Notes under the pieces: model-generated
The model's input: the letters and a program-made list of their open reading frames with translations, nothing else
Database searches by the model: none
What the model was told of the DNA's origin: nothing
Source of the DNA: Octopus sinensis
Lineage: Eukaryota
DNA: 64,000 bases
Assembly (NCBI RefSeq): GCF_006345805.1
Contig: NC_043014.1
Coordinates: 38,936,001-39,000,000 of the forward strand
Direction of reading: 5' to 3'
Shown here: positions 39,252-53,369 of the stretch, piece by piece
How the letters are laid out: each line of letters opens with the position of its first letter
How positions within the stretch are numbered: the first letter of the stretch is position 1
Position numbers and translations under genes: made by a program

Positions 39252-39404
39252 CTCTCTCCTCCCTTCTCCCTCTCTCTGAACAACTGCTACTGTTTCAATC
39301 ATCTCAATAAAGTTCTGTTAAAGAAGGTCTTCAAAAGGGAAGGAGCAACTCAAAACATTTTTGATGAATTCGTTGGCTCTGGAAATTCAGGTTTCTACTT
39401 ACTC

Positions 39405-39644
39405 TTACTCTCTCTCTTTACTCTTTTACTTGTTTCAGTCATTTGACTGTGGCCATGCTGGAGCACTGCCTTTTTAGTCGAGCAAATCAAACCCAGGACT
39501 TATTCTTTGTAAGCCTAGTACTTATTTTATCGGTCTCTTTTGCCGAACTATCGGTCGCTTATGCTGAACCGCTAAGTTACGGGGATGTAAACACACCAGT
39601 GTCGGTTGTCAAGCAATGTTGAGGGGACAAACACAGACACACAA

Positions 39645-39689
<45 letters not shown>

Positions 39690-39852
39690 TACATACGACG
39701 GGCTTCTTTCAGTTTCCGTCTACCAAATTCACTCACAAGGCTTTGGTCAGCTTGAGGCTATAGTAGAAGACACTTGCCAAGGTGCCACGCAGTGGGACTG
39801 AACCCGGAACCATGTGGTTGGTAAGCAAGCTACTTACCACACATCCACTCCT
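39405..39852 (-). mobile_element. SINE A, full length
   Basis: Head, body and tail. Small internal local duplication near 39545-39570. Confidence 0.9.
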
Positions 39853-40220
39853 ACACCTATGAGTAAAATATATAAACTTCTTTCTTGTCGATAAAGGTAT
39901 GGTCATTCTAAAGGTTACCATTTCAATTAATAAAATCTATTCCAAGCTGAAAAGCATTGCTTATTGCAGTGAAGTTTATGGTACTGGTACCACATAAAAC
40001 CATGCCAGTGCCACACAAGAAGCTGGTGCCATGTATAAGGCACCCATGCCAGTGCCTTGTAGGAGGTACCCAGTACACTCTGTAAAATGGGTGATGTTAG
40101 GAAGGGCATCCAGCCATAGAAACCATGCCAAAACAGAAAATTGGAGGCAAGTGCAGCTCTCTAGCTGGCCAGCTCCTGTTAAACCATCCAACACATGCCA
40201 GCATGAAAAACAGGCGTTAA

Positions 40221-40221
<1 letters not shown>

Positions 40222-40271
<50 letters not shown>

Positions 40272-40281
40272 GTGATGGTGG

Positions 40282-40316
<35 letters not shown>

Positions 40317-40326
40317 GTGATGGTGG

Positions 40327-40367
<41 letters not shown>

Positions 40368-40387
40368 GTGATGGTGGTGATGATGGT
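40222..40387 (+). repeat. (GAT)n tail with three periodic GGTGATGGTGGT interruptions
   Basis: Follows the family D 3' end GCGTTAAAT. Source of poly-D, poly-M and poly-H ORFs. Confidence 0.95.
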
Positions 40388-40510
40388 TAAAAACCTGCAT
40401 TTATTATGCATCAAAATACTTGTGTATTTTAATAATAAAAAGTTACTGTTTGTAATTACAAACAGCTCTCTCTCTGTCTGTCTGTCTCTCTCTGTCTCTC
40501 TGTCTGTCTG

Positions 40511-40581
<71 letters not shown>

Positions 40582-40997
40582 TTGATTGCTAAACTTCTAA
40601 CACTCTATGATGAAAAAGGTAAAAGGACACACATTCGATGAATTCTTTCCAGATTATAATTCTCTTCTGTCTATAAGAAATGTTTCACTTCATAAAACAT
40701 TTAATTAATATATTTCAGGTTATGATACACTGGTAGTTTCTAAAATGAATGAAATACTGTTACACATGATTATCTCTGGCTAGAAGATTTAAGAACTTTG
40801 TAACAAGTAAAGAACAAAAAAAAAGAAAGAAATATTTGCATTCCATACATCTTTTCCTTTATTCTTTAATTTCAAATTCAAACTTCTAATCTTGCCAAAT
40901 AAGAAGAAATTATTATCTCCCTTGTATTAACTGTCCACTAGAGTACACCACATGTTACAGTATAATATTATACAGTAAATTAGTAAGTTCATGTCAA

Positions 40998-41402
40998 TCT
41001 ATATACATATATATATAAAGCTGAAGTTGTCTGTGTGTGGCAGGTTTGGTAGCCTTCAACTAACACTATCTCCTCCGAGACCCTTGCTGCGCAAATTGAC
41101 CAAAATTGAGAGTATGATGGAAGAAGGCTTGCTCTTCATTCTGTAGAAGAAAAAATTCAAATCGGACCATGTTAAGATCAAAAATTATTTACATCAAAAA
41201 GGTGCTTTTTTTCTATGAAAATCCCTATGTTTTACGATTTTTTTACTGGTGTGTCGCCATTTTTCAGTGTACTTCAAACAGAAAAATGTTCACTTGAAGA
41301 GAATAACAAGCTACATAACGCAAAATTTTTACTTTTCAAAAATTCCAATTCTAAAGGGTCGAAAAGAAAATAAACCCGAGCAACGCCAGGCGATACAGCT
41401 AG
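40998..41402 (+). mobile_element. Non-autonomous Helitron (second family, shared 3' end)
   Basis: A|TC start and CCCGAGCAACGCCAGGCGATACAG CTAG|T end. Confidence 0.8.
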
Positions 41403-42577
41403 TAAATGATAAAAATATACTCGACATTATGTAAGTTCCTGTAAAATAATTGACACCTGAGTGACATCCCTTGGATTTATGCTACACTCGAGCACATTTA
41501 ATGCATATTATGGCATGCAGTGTTTTGTCATTAGTTGAAATAAATCAACTTAAATTCTAATAATCAAGATTGCATTGCATACCAGTGTATTTAACAACGT
41601 AATACCACTGGTCACTGGATTAGTTGTTAAAGAACTATCGTAGTAATAAACATTCAACAGTATGTGCCAGACTACAACAACTTCTGTGACTGCCAGAGTA
41701 TCCTAGAGTATCATCCTTATCAAGAAGAAACTTTGATAACCCTGATAACCTTTATGTAACTGAAGGTTGCACATGTAGATTTTGGTTCAACATAAAATTA
41801 AGATAGGCTAAAAACATATGCATCTGTCTTGTGCAAAATGGCCATACATTGAACCAAAACCAACACTTGTTACCTACCACTGTGAAATGATGGCAGCTAG
41901 TTTTATTCAGTGAGTATGGATCAGAACCTACATTTTAAATTAAAATTCAGGGGATTGTCTCATTGGCACAGGCACAGGTTGTGTGATTTAAAAGTTTGCT
42001 CCAGAACCATGTACTTCATTGCTTGGTCACACTGTTGAATGTAGTTTGGTGGTATTCCATACTATAGCCATGAGTTGATCAATACTTTCTGAGAAAAATG
42101 TGTATACATATATATTGAGCTTGAAAAGCACATCCGAGTGTGAAAAAGCACGTCCGAGCATGAAATGTACATCCAAACATGATCGTTGCCAGGGCCACAG
42201 ATTGGCTCCTGTGCCGGTGACATATGAAAAGCACCATTCAAGTATGATCGTTGCCAGTGTTGGTGGCACGTGAAAGCAACATTCAAGCGAGGTCATTGCC
42301 AGTGCCACCAGACTGGCTCCCGTGCAGGTAGCAGGTAAAAACACATTTTGACCATGAACGTGGTCATTGCCAAAACCGCCTGACTGACCTTCATGCCAGT
42401 GGCACATAAAAAGCATCCACTACACTCTCGGAGTGGTTGGCGTTAGGAAGGGCATCCAGCTGTAGAAACATTGCCAGACCAGATTGAGGCTGGTGCAGCC
42501 TTCTGGCTCACCAGTCCTCAGTCAAACCGTCCAACCCAGCATGGAAAGCGGATGTTAAACGATGATGATGATATATA

Positions 42578-42985
42578 GGCACAGGAGTGGTTGTATGGCA
42601 CAAAGCTTGTTTCCCAACCACATGGTTCTAGGTTCAGTCCCACTGCATGGCACCTTGGACAAGTGTCTTCTACTATAGCCTCGGGCCGACCAAAGCCTTG
42701 TGAGTGGATTTGGTAGACGGAAACTGAAAGAAGCCCATCATATATATGTATATATATATATATGCGTGTGTATGTTTGTGTGTCTGTGTTTGTCCCCCTA
42801 GCATTGCTTGACAACCGATGCTTGTATGTTTATGTCCCCGTTACTTAGCAGTTCGGCAAAAGAGACCAATAGAATAAGTACTGGGCTTACAAAAGAATAA
42901 GTCCCGGGGTCGAGTTGCTCGATTAAAGGTGGTGCTCCAGCATGGCCGCAGTCAAATGACTGAAACAAGTAAAAAGAAAGAGTAT
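42578..42985 (+). mobile_element. SINE A, full length
   Basis: Shares subfamily variants (CCCCCTAGCATTGC, ACTGGGCTTACAAAAG) with 54326 and 62794. Confidence 0.9.
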
Positions 42986-44399
42986 GAACTACATTTTTGT
43001 ACTGGTTTCTGTTTTTTAGACTTTTTCAACTAAGAGTAAAATAAGAAAAACAATTAAATTGGAGAAAAAAAAATTAAGTGAAATGTTTTGTAAATATTTC
43101 CATAGTCTTCAAATAGTCTGTCTGTCTGTCTGTTTGTCTCTCTCTCTTTCTTCCTTTGAGAATGCTTAGTAGGTAGGTAGTAGTAAATCTGAAGGAATGG
43201 TTTTATGAGTACAGAGAATTGATGGTTTAAGCCTGAGCAGCCGAGGGAGGAGAACAAGAAGTGTATGTGTGTATGTTTATGTATGCATGTGTGTATATGT
43301 ATGTGCATGTGTATGTATGTGTATGCATTTGTGTGAGTGAGTTCATATTTCCCCTTGTCTTTATGTGTGCTTGCTGACTGTAAATGACACCCCTACTATC
43401 AATACAAGCAGTGTCGTTTGGTTGCAGTCAACTGTGATTGCATGTTTGGGCTCCTTGACACGTCTTGACATATTGTGTGATCTTTGTAAACAAAAGGCTC
43501 ATCCGTACGGTGTCATTTGTTTCTAGTTCAATGTGTGAATATCTCAGGGCTGTTTGTTGTTCAGCAGACTAGATGATTACCTTGCTAGAAAACAGGCAAA
43601 AGTGGGCAATAGGAAGAGCATCAGACCATAGAAAATCTACCTCAACAAATTCTGACTTTGGAGTCAGCTAATGAGAATTACAACTATAAAATAACATTAC
43701 TGCTTTGTATGAAATTTCAAAGGTGGGTATAAACACCTCAGCTATCACTTGTAAGCGAGAAATTACAACCATGTTTTGTGGTCTGCTACAACAACAGGTC
43801 CTTTATAGGATCCAGTTAGCTCAAGACATCATCAGGAGGAACCACGTCCGGTTTCGGCCCCTACTCCTCTACTGTTTTGACGTGGCAGGGCTCCCTCTAT
43901 CGGAGGTGTCTTCAGCTCTGGTGTTGGGTGCACGTCTTCTTTCTTCTGTTCCCTGGCCTCTTTGATGTATCGTCAGTGAGTGTAAGCCTGTGACTGACTG
44001 TCTTGTCAAATTTCTCCCTTTAAATACCTGCCGCATAGCCCCAGCAAGTTATCACGTACCATGCATTAATTAATTGTTATAGGTTTTTTTTATGTTTGTG
44101 AATGAACACTAACCCCCATCCTCTCTTTGCCCTCCTGAAAATGACCCAGTGGGGAAACTCATGGTGTGACAGCTAGAGGGAGAAAGGTTTACACCAACAC
44201 TCTGATGAAAACTCGTTTCAGTTGAATAGACAGGAGCAAAGTAAAACATTGTGTCTAGTTCAAGAATTCAATATGTAGCCTGCTTCAGAAATTGAACTCA
44301 CAACCTTGTGATTGTGAGCACAATACTTTAACCACTCTGCCACATGCTTTCAATGTAGGAAAGTATATTCTTCTTGTATTTATTATTCTCTTTACATAA

Positions 44400-45098
44400 G
44401 GTGGCAAGCTGGCAGAACTGTTACCATGCCAGGCGGAATGCCTACGTTCTGAGTTCAAATTCTACTGAGATCAGTTGTTGAGTAGACCAGGGGAACGTGA
44501 AAATGGACGAAATGTCATTAAGCATTTCGCCCTGTTCCTTCTTCCTTCTCAAGCCATGCCTGGCTCATAAGGGCCAGTTTCCCGGTTTTCTAGGCGAATA
44601 GGTTCACCACCTGGACGGGACGCCAGTCCGTCACAGGTGAGCTGCAAGATGCAGGAAGAAAGAGTGAGAGAAACTTGTGGTGAAAGAGCCAATAGAAGTT
44701 TGCCATTACCTTCTGCCGGAGCCGCGTGGAGCTTAGGTGTTTCACTCATAAACACACACATCGCCCGGTCTGAGATTTGAACCTGCGATCCCTCGACCAC
44801 GAGTCCGCTGCTCTAACCACTAGGCCATGTGCCTCCACTATTTCGCCCTGTGTGCTAACAATTCTGCCAGCTTGCCGCCTTAATTTATAGGTATATGTTA
44901 AATCTCTGCCAGAGCTGCGTGGAGCTTAGATGTTTCGCTCATAAACACACACATCGCCCAGTCTGAGATTCGAACCCGCGATCCCTCGACCGCGAGTCCG
45001 CTGCTCTAACCACTAGGCCATGTGCCTCCACTATTTCGCCCTGTGTGCTAACAATTCTGCCAGCTTGCCGCCTTAATTTATAGGTATATATTAAATCG
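44400..45098 (-). mobile_element. Nested SINE cluster: C (V-like tail) inside a B head, plus a 193-bp tandem duplication
   Basis: TSD-like ATTTCGCCCTGT flanks the C copy (about 44540-44838). 44713-44905 is repeated at 44906-45098. Confidence 0.8.
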
Positions 45099-46259
45099 CT
45101 GCTAATAATTAAATGGTACTTTATTTCATCAACCTCACGAAAATAAAAGACTTAGTTGACCTCAGCACAATTTGCATTGGGAATGGTAACAGCCGTAAAA
45201 AATTTTCTATAATCTCTTATATTTTTTCATGATCATGAAATTTTTTTTATATTTTAATATGTTTCAAAGTGAATTTTCTAGAATATTGAGTTTTCCTCAT
45301 TTCTAATTTTCAATTATAAAAAACAAGAAAAGAAATTAAGATAAGAAAAAGCTAATATTAGTACAAAAAAATTATTTCTTTAGATGAAAATATTATTTGG
45401 AAAGCTGTTTAAATATTTCAATGGGCTAGACGTGAATAACTAAATTTACATTTCATAAATGTATATTTTTGAAACATCAAATAATATTTTAATCCTGAAA
45501 TATCATGTCCGATAATTTGTTTTGGTTTTTCATTTATTTATTTGTTTGTTTGTTTATTTATTTAATTATTTACGACTTTGAGAAACTTTACAAATGTAAA
45601 ATTATAAATATAATATACATATATATATATATATATGTGTATATGTATATGCTTGTGTGTGTGTGTATATATATATATATACAGATATACATGTGTGTGT
45701 ATATATTCATATATATATATATATAAACACACACACACGTGTGTATATGTATGTATCATCATCATCATCATCATCGTTTAACGTCCGTTCTCCATGCTAG
45801 CATGGGTTGGACGTTTCGACCGGGGATCTGGGAAGCCAGAAGGCTGCACCAGGCTCCAGTCTTATCTGGCAATGTTTCTACAGCTGGATGCCCTTCCTAA
45901 CGCCAACCACTCCGTGAGTGTAGTGGGTGCTTTTTACGTGCCACCTGCACAGGTGCCAGGCGAGGCTGGCAACGGCCACGGTCGGATTGGTGTATTTTAT
46001 GTGCCACCGGCACAGAAGCCAGTCGAGACGGTACTGAGGCACATATGCATATAAATACATATACACACACACACAAACATACATATATATATACAGCATG
46101 ATAGGAATCTTGCTGACACTTTTACATATTATTCTGACATTTTTATTATTCTGACACTGACCAGCACCAGCCCTTCTGTAGTCTGTTTGCTCATATACGT
46201 GAGCGTGTGTGTGTGTGTTTATAAGCACATGTATGTATATGTATGTGTATGTGAATGTG

Positions 46260-46297
<38 letters not shown>

Positions 46298-46316
46298 TTG
46301 TGTGTATGTGTGTGTG

Positions 46317-46352
<36 letters not shown>

Positions 46353-46972
46353 CATGCCTAAATTGATCTGATCTGAGAAATTGATCTGAGAAATAAAGAA
46401 AGTAGATGTTTATTCCATTAGGTGACAGCTGTTTCATAATCTGTGTTAGTTACATAATTAATGCTGCATCATCTGTCACACACATATAAATGAATATACA
46501 AACGAATCTATATAATATACACTCATAAATATATTTATTACATTTTAATGCAAAATAAAATTGTCAGAAAAATATGTAAAAGTGCCTTATGGTGTTAGTA
46601 CATTCCTTAACATGAATCCATCAAATCCCATGCTAGGTTGATATTTTATATTTTTCATCCTTCAGGAATCAATAAAATAAATACTGTTTAAGGAATTAGA
46701 GTAATTTAAATAGTTGGCCTTGCCTTTCCTAATTAGTCACTGTGTGCCAATGTTAGAAATTTGCATTTTAAAATAAGTACTATATTTCGTGGCATATACG
46801 ACAGATTTTACTTCTAAAAAAGCTGTTTAAAAAAATATTCTGAGTTTTGTATGCAAAGTTGAGCCTCTCATAAGCTAATTTTGTCTTAGATTTAGTGCAC
46901 TAAAAACAAACTTCTCTTTTCCCTGGTTATGCCCTGCTGAAATTGGGATATATCTAATATACCTGTTCATCT

Positions 46973-47400
46973 TTTATGTCCAAACCAAACGATAACAGAG
47001 GAGATCTATGGCAAGCAGTTTGAGCAGCTTAAGTCAGCACTAGAAGAAAAATGAACATCTTTCGTTTCAAGACGAAAGGTGTTCTTCCATCAGGATAATG
47101 CTTGGCTACATACAGCAAGGATGACATTCCGAAGGCTGGAACAGTTTGAATGGAAAATGATGCCCCATCCGCCATATTCACTAAATATTGTCCCATCTGA
47201 TTATCATTTATTCTGCAGTCTTCAAAATCATTTGGACAGAAAATATATGAATGCTGTAGATGAGGTCAGAACAGTACTGGAGGAGTATTTTTTGTCACAG
47301 ACAAGTGAATTTTGGTAGAGAGGCCTTGCAAGTCTACCAGATAGATGGAAGAGCATTGTAAAAAATTAATGAAAGTATATTTTAGATTAAAAAAGAACTT
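46973..47400 (+). pseudogene. Mariner (D34D) transposase C-terminal remnant
   Basis: LLCPNQTITEEIYGKQFEQLKSALEEK*...VFFHQDNAWLHTAR...HPPYSLNIVPSDYHLF...LPDRWKSIV. 34 residues lie between the QD and SD aspartates. Confidence 0.9.
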
Positions 47401-47683
47401 TGTTAACTTTAATTTTGAAAAATAAAAGAAGTATCACATATTTATATATATATATACAGACACATACAAACTCCCAAAGGTGTACATGCACAAACATACA
47501 AACCCATATATATTGATACATAGGCAGAGAGAGAGATACATATGTGTACATATCCACACAGATATGCACATACACACAGACACATGCAAAGAAATATACA
47601 CATACACACATACAGACAGACACATACACACACACACACACACAACACACACACACACACACACACACACACCACACACACAC

Positions 47684-47717
<34 letters not shown>

Positions 47718-48248
47718 ATATATATATATATATATGCATATATACACACATATATATATAAACATCAGTGCCGCCTGACTGGCGTCCATGTCGGTGACAC
47801 ATAAAAGCACCAACCGATCGTGGCCATTTGCCAGCCTCCTCTGGCCCCTGTGCCGGTGGCACATAAAAAGCACCCACTACACTGACGGAGTGGTTGGCAT
47901 TAGGAAGAGCATCCAGCTGTAGAAACACTGCCAGATCAGACTAGAGCTTGGTGCAGCCTCCTGGCTTCCCAGACCCCGGTCGAACCATCCAACCCATGCT
48001 AGCATGGAAAACGGACGTTAAACGAGGATGATGATGATGATGATGATGATGATATATACACACACACTCATATATGTACATACACACACACACATATACA
48101 TAAATATATATATGTACACGTACACATACACACATATATATGTCCACGGATATACCCCATACACAGATATATAAATAAACCCGTACGTTCAAATAGACGC
48201 ACCCATGCACAGATACCTATATATGCATATAGATCGATAGATAGGTAA

Positions 48249-48293
<45 letters not shown>

Positions 48294-49489
48294 GATAGAT
48301 AGATAGATAGATAGATATGTTTCTTTATTAGCTCCACAAGGCTGCACACAGACGGGACAAATTACAAAGTAGAGCTTTTCTTTTGGGGGAGAAAAAAAAA
48401 GTGGGGTAGGTTTTCGATCAAAAGGGATCGTAAAAGGGAAAGAAAAAAACGATCAATAGGGATCGTGTATCACAGAAATGTCATGATGTAAAGTGTAAAG
48501 GGGGAAGCAGATAGATAGATAGATGGACATACATGCATACATACATACTGCATATCATCATAATCATCATCATTATCACCATCATCGCCATTTAATGCCT
48601 GTTTTCCATATTGGCTTTGATTGGACAGTTTGACAGGAGCTTGTCTGTTCTGACATGATTTCTATGGATCGATGCCCTTCCTAATGCCAACCACTTTACA
48701 GTGTGGACCGGGTGCTCAATCCAAGGTAAAACTGCGAGAACTGTGTACCAGATGCCTTATGGTTTTTATTCTAGTTCTTTGTATTCTGAGTTCAAATCCT
48801 GTCACGAGCTACTTGGATAGTTGATTTTAATTCATTGCTCAGTTTAACATCGAACCTGGCACCTTGTGTACTTTTAGTAGAGCCCACTCTGTTGCAAGCA
48901 TTCAGGTCAGATTTCCAGTTTAAGGTTACATTCCCTCCTCGCCCTCCACCAATCTCAAACCCCTCTTTAATAAATTGGCTCTCACACAATCTCACTGGAG
49001 TGTCGTGGTTGTATACTTACAAGACCCACTCAACTCTCATTGTTTCTTTTCTATGATCCTTTTGGAAGCTTGCCCACTACAATTGCTTAACTATGAGTTT
49101 ATGATACACTAGAACAACATTTTTTTCTTCTATATTGTGTAATTCTTTTTGTATTTTAATTTTCACATTTATATCATACTGAATTTCACTAAGTAATGAG
49201 ATTATTGCTTGGGGGTTTGCCAATCTTACTGGTATGTATTGTTGTTGTGATAGTTGCTGGTTGATTTGCAGAAGCTGCACATAATGATTTCACAATACCA
49301 AGCAAACATTTGAACCTGATTAATTATTGCCACACGAGTCATATGAAGTTAGTCATATGTTACAAATATACATGTCAAATCAACAAGATGAAAGAAATAT
49401 AATGCAACATGCAAAGTACCTAAATATCAAAATTTGCTACTGGACCCAGATTAAGCACAAGAAATATATATGTATATATATTGTGACCT

Positions 49490-49640
49490 CCTTCAGTCAT
49501 GAATGTCCATGGGATTGAACCTAGAAAGTTACCCTCCGAGGTACAATTCTGGGCAAGGTTGTTTATGGAAGACCAGCAGTTGCCTACACATACCAGCCTC
49601 CCCTCTCCACACCACCGATGTTATCCAAGGGAAAGGCAAA
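49490..49640 (+). mobile_element. Probable RTE LINE 3' end fragment
   Basis: CCTAGAAAGTTACCCTCCGAGG...GTTATCCAAGGGAAAGGCAAAG, recognised from memory of RTE-type tails. Confidence 0.4.
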
Positions 49641-50388
49641 GTCCAATACAGCTTGGCACCTGTGATGTCGCAGCTCATTTATTAACGTGCAAGTGGCAGA
49701 GCACTCTACAGACACATGTACCCTTAATGTAGTTCTTGGGGAGTTATTCAGCATGACATGGCTGGCCCTTTGAAATACAGATACAACAGAAACAGGAAGA
49801 AAGAGTGAGAGAAAGTTGCGGTGAATGAGTACAGCAGGGTTCAACACCACCTGCCGGAGCCTCATGGAGCTTTGGGTGCTTTTGCTATTATTAGGGAGTA
49901 TATCCAAACTTACAGGGAAAAATTAGATTTAGGATTAAATCAAATTTCACAGTATAAATATAAATTAAATTAGAGATAAAACCACTATTAGGCAACTCAA
50001 ACAGTGATAGACATAAACCAAAACATAAAAAACAAAAAATAAATATAATTAATTTAATATATAATATATATATATATAAATTATTAAAATTTTAAATTTA
50101 AAAATTTTTATATTTTTGAATTTTTAAATTTTTAAACTTTAATTTATATAGTGAATCTTGCATGCATGAAGTGGATTCAATTCACCACAGCCAAATTTAA
50201 ATTAACACTGCAACAGAACTGTTCCCACGATGGAACAATGGTGTTTCTTTGACAGCAGTTTTACATTTTCCAGATGCCTTTAGCTAGGCTGAAATAATGT
50301 CTTCACCACTTGACCCTTTCTAACCTCTTTTACTCCACCAAAAGCTGGAATAGAGATAACAAGAGCACCAGCTAAATCTATTGTTCTC

Positions 50389-50418
<30 letters not shown>

Positions 50419-50423
<5 letters not shown>

Positions 50424-50706
50424 TTGTTATCACCATATTAATATGGCAGTCTTATAGATATAAGACTAAAGCTGTCACTGATTAGCTCCATGAGGCCATC
50501 GCCTTAAGCTAGCTATTTGACACACAACTGTGTCCATTATAACCTTCGAACAAGGGAGGTCAGCCGCCCCTTGTTCGAAGGTTATAATGGACACAGTTTG
50601 TGTGTCAAATAGCTAGCTTAAGGTGATGGCCTCATGGAGCTAATCAGCGACAGCTTTAGTCTTATATCTATAAGACTGCCATATTAATATGGCGATAACA
50701 ATTAAT
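50419..50706. mobile_element. 288-bp almost perfectly palindromic MITE/foldback element adjacent to (TA)n
   Basis: Roughly 138-bp arms and an 11-nt loop (50557-50567). 3 mismatches at CpG positions and one 1-bp indel. Confidence 0.85.
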
Positions 50707-50811
50707 TTCCAGTAACGCTGCCGTAATCTCTTTTAGAGAGACTTAGTAATTTTAATATTTCTATTATATATATATATATATAAAAAATCTTGCACAACAA
50801 ATATTTAAACG

Positions 50812-50844
<33 letters not shown>

Positions 50845-51162
50845 GTATGCCACTTCATGTCTGCCATCGTAATATTTGTGTATTGGTTTAAGCATGCAGT
50901 CATTACAAAAACTTGGCAAGAGTGGGAACAATCATTCTAACCTCACGTCTACAACACTCTGCGAATTGGCGCTCAAAATTAACTCTATACATAACCCCTG
51001 GAGGAAAATGTTCTTGGGCATCTTTCATGGTTGAGAACCATTGGTCAAGGTATAGTTGTTGGCCCAATGACAACCCATTTTAATCTCTGGCAAGAAGTAG
51101 TCATTTCTGATGACAAATGAGTGTAAATACACCGAATCAGCTCATGGCATCACCTAACCAAA

Positions 51163-51210
51163 CTGAGGGATGCATGCATTTTGGAGTGGTTATCTCCTCT
51201 TCAGCCACAG
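51163..51210 (-). ncRNA. Hammerhead ribozyme-like fold with G12A
   Basis: CUGUGG-CUGAAGA-GGAG-AUAACCA-CUCC-AAAA-UGCAUGCA-UC-CCUCAG. All three stems can form. Confidence 0.5.
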
Positions 51211-51629
51211 AAACTGGACTGGATTTAAATATATCTCAAGCATATTTGAACTGGTAATAAGTTTCTAAATCATATACTATCCTCCTCCTACCACTATATA
51301 CAGTAATGGCTCAGTGGTTAGAGCATCAGGCTTACAATCATCAGGTAGTGAGTTCAATTCCCAGACCAAGCTGTGTTTTGTTCTTGAGCTGGCCTCTCTG
51401 TCAAGTATTGGGAGCCCCATCAAGAGCTTACTTTCAACTGGCATAGCTATTAGGGTCGTTGAAGCGCACAAACTACCACACCAACAACAAGGACCAGACT
51501 TGTTGATCATTAGATGAACCGTACCATTAATCCTTCGGCATTCAAACCAGCCATATCCAGCCAAAATATTTAACCTGTTTTATGTTAAAACTGTCCAGAT
51601 CTGGCCTCTCACTTCAACCCTACAATGTC

Positions 51630-52906
51630 ATGAAGAAAAAATACTGTATTTACTCAGCCAACTGAAAACCTTTTGGATATTTTTATATACAGAACATTAG
51701 TTTAACAAAGGACAGGATGGAAAGAATAAGCAAAGTTCTAGTTTTCCCAAGTGGAACAGTGGTAAGTATAGTGATAGTAACTTGTTTCCAAGTTAGCCTA
51801 CATCTTTATCCTACTATGTTCAAAGAAAATATAAACACAGAAAATATAGGATAATCACAGTCAGATTGCTTTTGATCACAAGTCTAACAACATCCTCTTT
51901 ATTTTTCTAAAGCAATGACCTGGCAGAAATGTTAACAAGCAATCACATCATTGATATCTCTAAACTACAAGACAATGCTTGATTAATTTAAAACAATATA
52001 AATAAACAAACAATACATTTGGCAGGTGTGGAGGCGCAATGGCTCAGTGGTTAGGGCAGCAGACTCGCGGTCGTAGGATCAGGGTTTCGATTCCCAGACT
52101 GGGTGTTCTGAGTGTTTATTGAGCGAAAACACCTAAGGCTCCATGAGGCTCTGACAGGGGATGGTAGCGATCCCTGCTGTACTCTTTGGCCACAACTTTC
52201 TCTCACTCTTTCTTCTGTTGGCCTGCTCGCTTAGCCAGCTGGGCGGCGTCATTTGAAGGCTAAAACAATGCGAAATACATTGTGACCAGTGATGTGTAGC
52301 AACATCTGATAGCCTGGTCGGTCACAGTGATCATGGTGACATTTGGCAGAATAGCCTGAATACGAAAGGGTTAATGTATTAAGTATTTTGATTATAGAAA
52401 TAAAGAAGATATTCTTTTCTAATCTAGGCACAAGGCCTGTAATTTGGGGGGATGGAGGCAGTCATTTAGATCGACCCTAGTACATAACTGGTACTTAATT
52501 TATCAATCCTGAAAAGATGAAAGGCAAAGTTGACCTCAGCGGAATTTGAACTCAGAACGTAAGGACAGACAAAATACCACTACGCATTTTGCCTGGAGTG
52601 TTAACATTTCTGCCAGGTCATTGCTTTAGAAAAATAAAGAGGATGTTGTTAGACTTGTGATCAAAAGCAATCTGACTGTGATTATCCTATATTTTCTGTG
52701 TTTATATTTTCTTTGAACATAGTAGGATAAAGACGTAGGCTAACTTGGAAACAAGTTACTATCACTATACTTACCACTGTTCCACTTGGGAAAACTAGAA
52801 CTTTGCTTATTCTTTCCATCCTGTCCTTTGTTAAACTAATGTTCTGTATATAAAAATATCCAAAAGGTTTTCAGTTGGCTGAGTAAATACAGTATTTTTT
52901 CTTCAT
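51630..52906. repeat. 308-bp inverted duplication (51630-51937 / 52599-52906), 1 mismatch
   Basis: Direct comparison. The spacer holds SINE C (52027-52330) and SINE B2 (about 52420-52620). Confidence 0.95.
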
Positions 52907-53369
52907 TCGAAATATGACGAAAACAACATGAATGAGAGATATAAATAAATAATTTACAGCAAAACAGGCAGGCAGCGGGTAAGTCTTACAACAATACTCC
53001 TACTAAATACAAGTTTGTTTTTTTTCTCAGTAAAATACTTGTAGTTGTTGTTGTTGTTTCCGATGATAACTCCCAGTTCATGCTCTTTGATCAAAGATGT
53101 GCTAGCTGTGACCATCTTGTCTTTCTTTTTGCCAGATATTTTCATGTTTGTTCTTGGGCAATCAATGAAACCTATGATTTCAGCTTTGTGGTTATTCAAT
53201 GGTGGTGGTGGTGGGGTACAGCGGTATGGGGAAGGTGAAGTACCAAAGAATAGTGACTGTTCCTGTCTGTAGTTCACCTTCTGGTGTGCCCTTGTAAGCA
53301 AGGAAATGACAGAAAATAGTTGCATTTTATTGTCATGAACATATATGACACTCCAGATGGAATCAGCAA

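Noticed and set aside
43780-44080. Hammerhead-like motifs in a PLE-like 3' region
   Set aside because: Core fragments on the minus strand are too degenerate to assemble into a fold.
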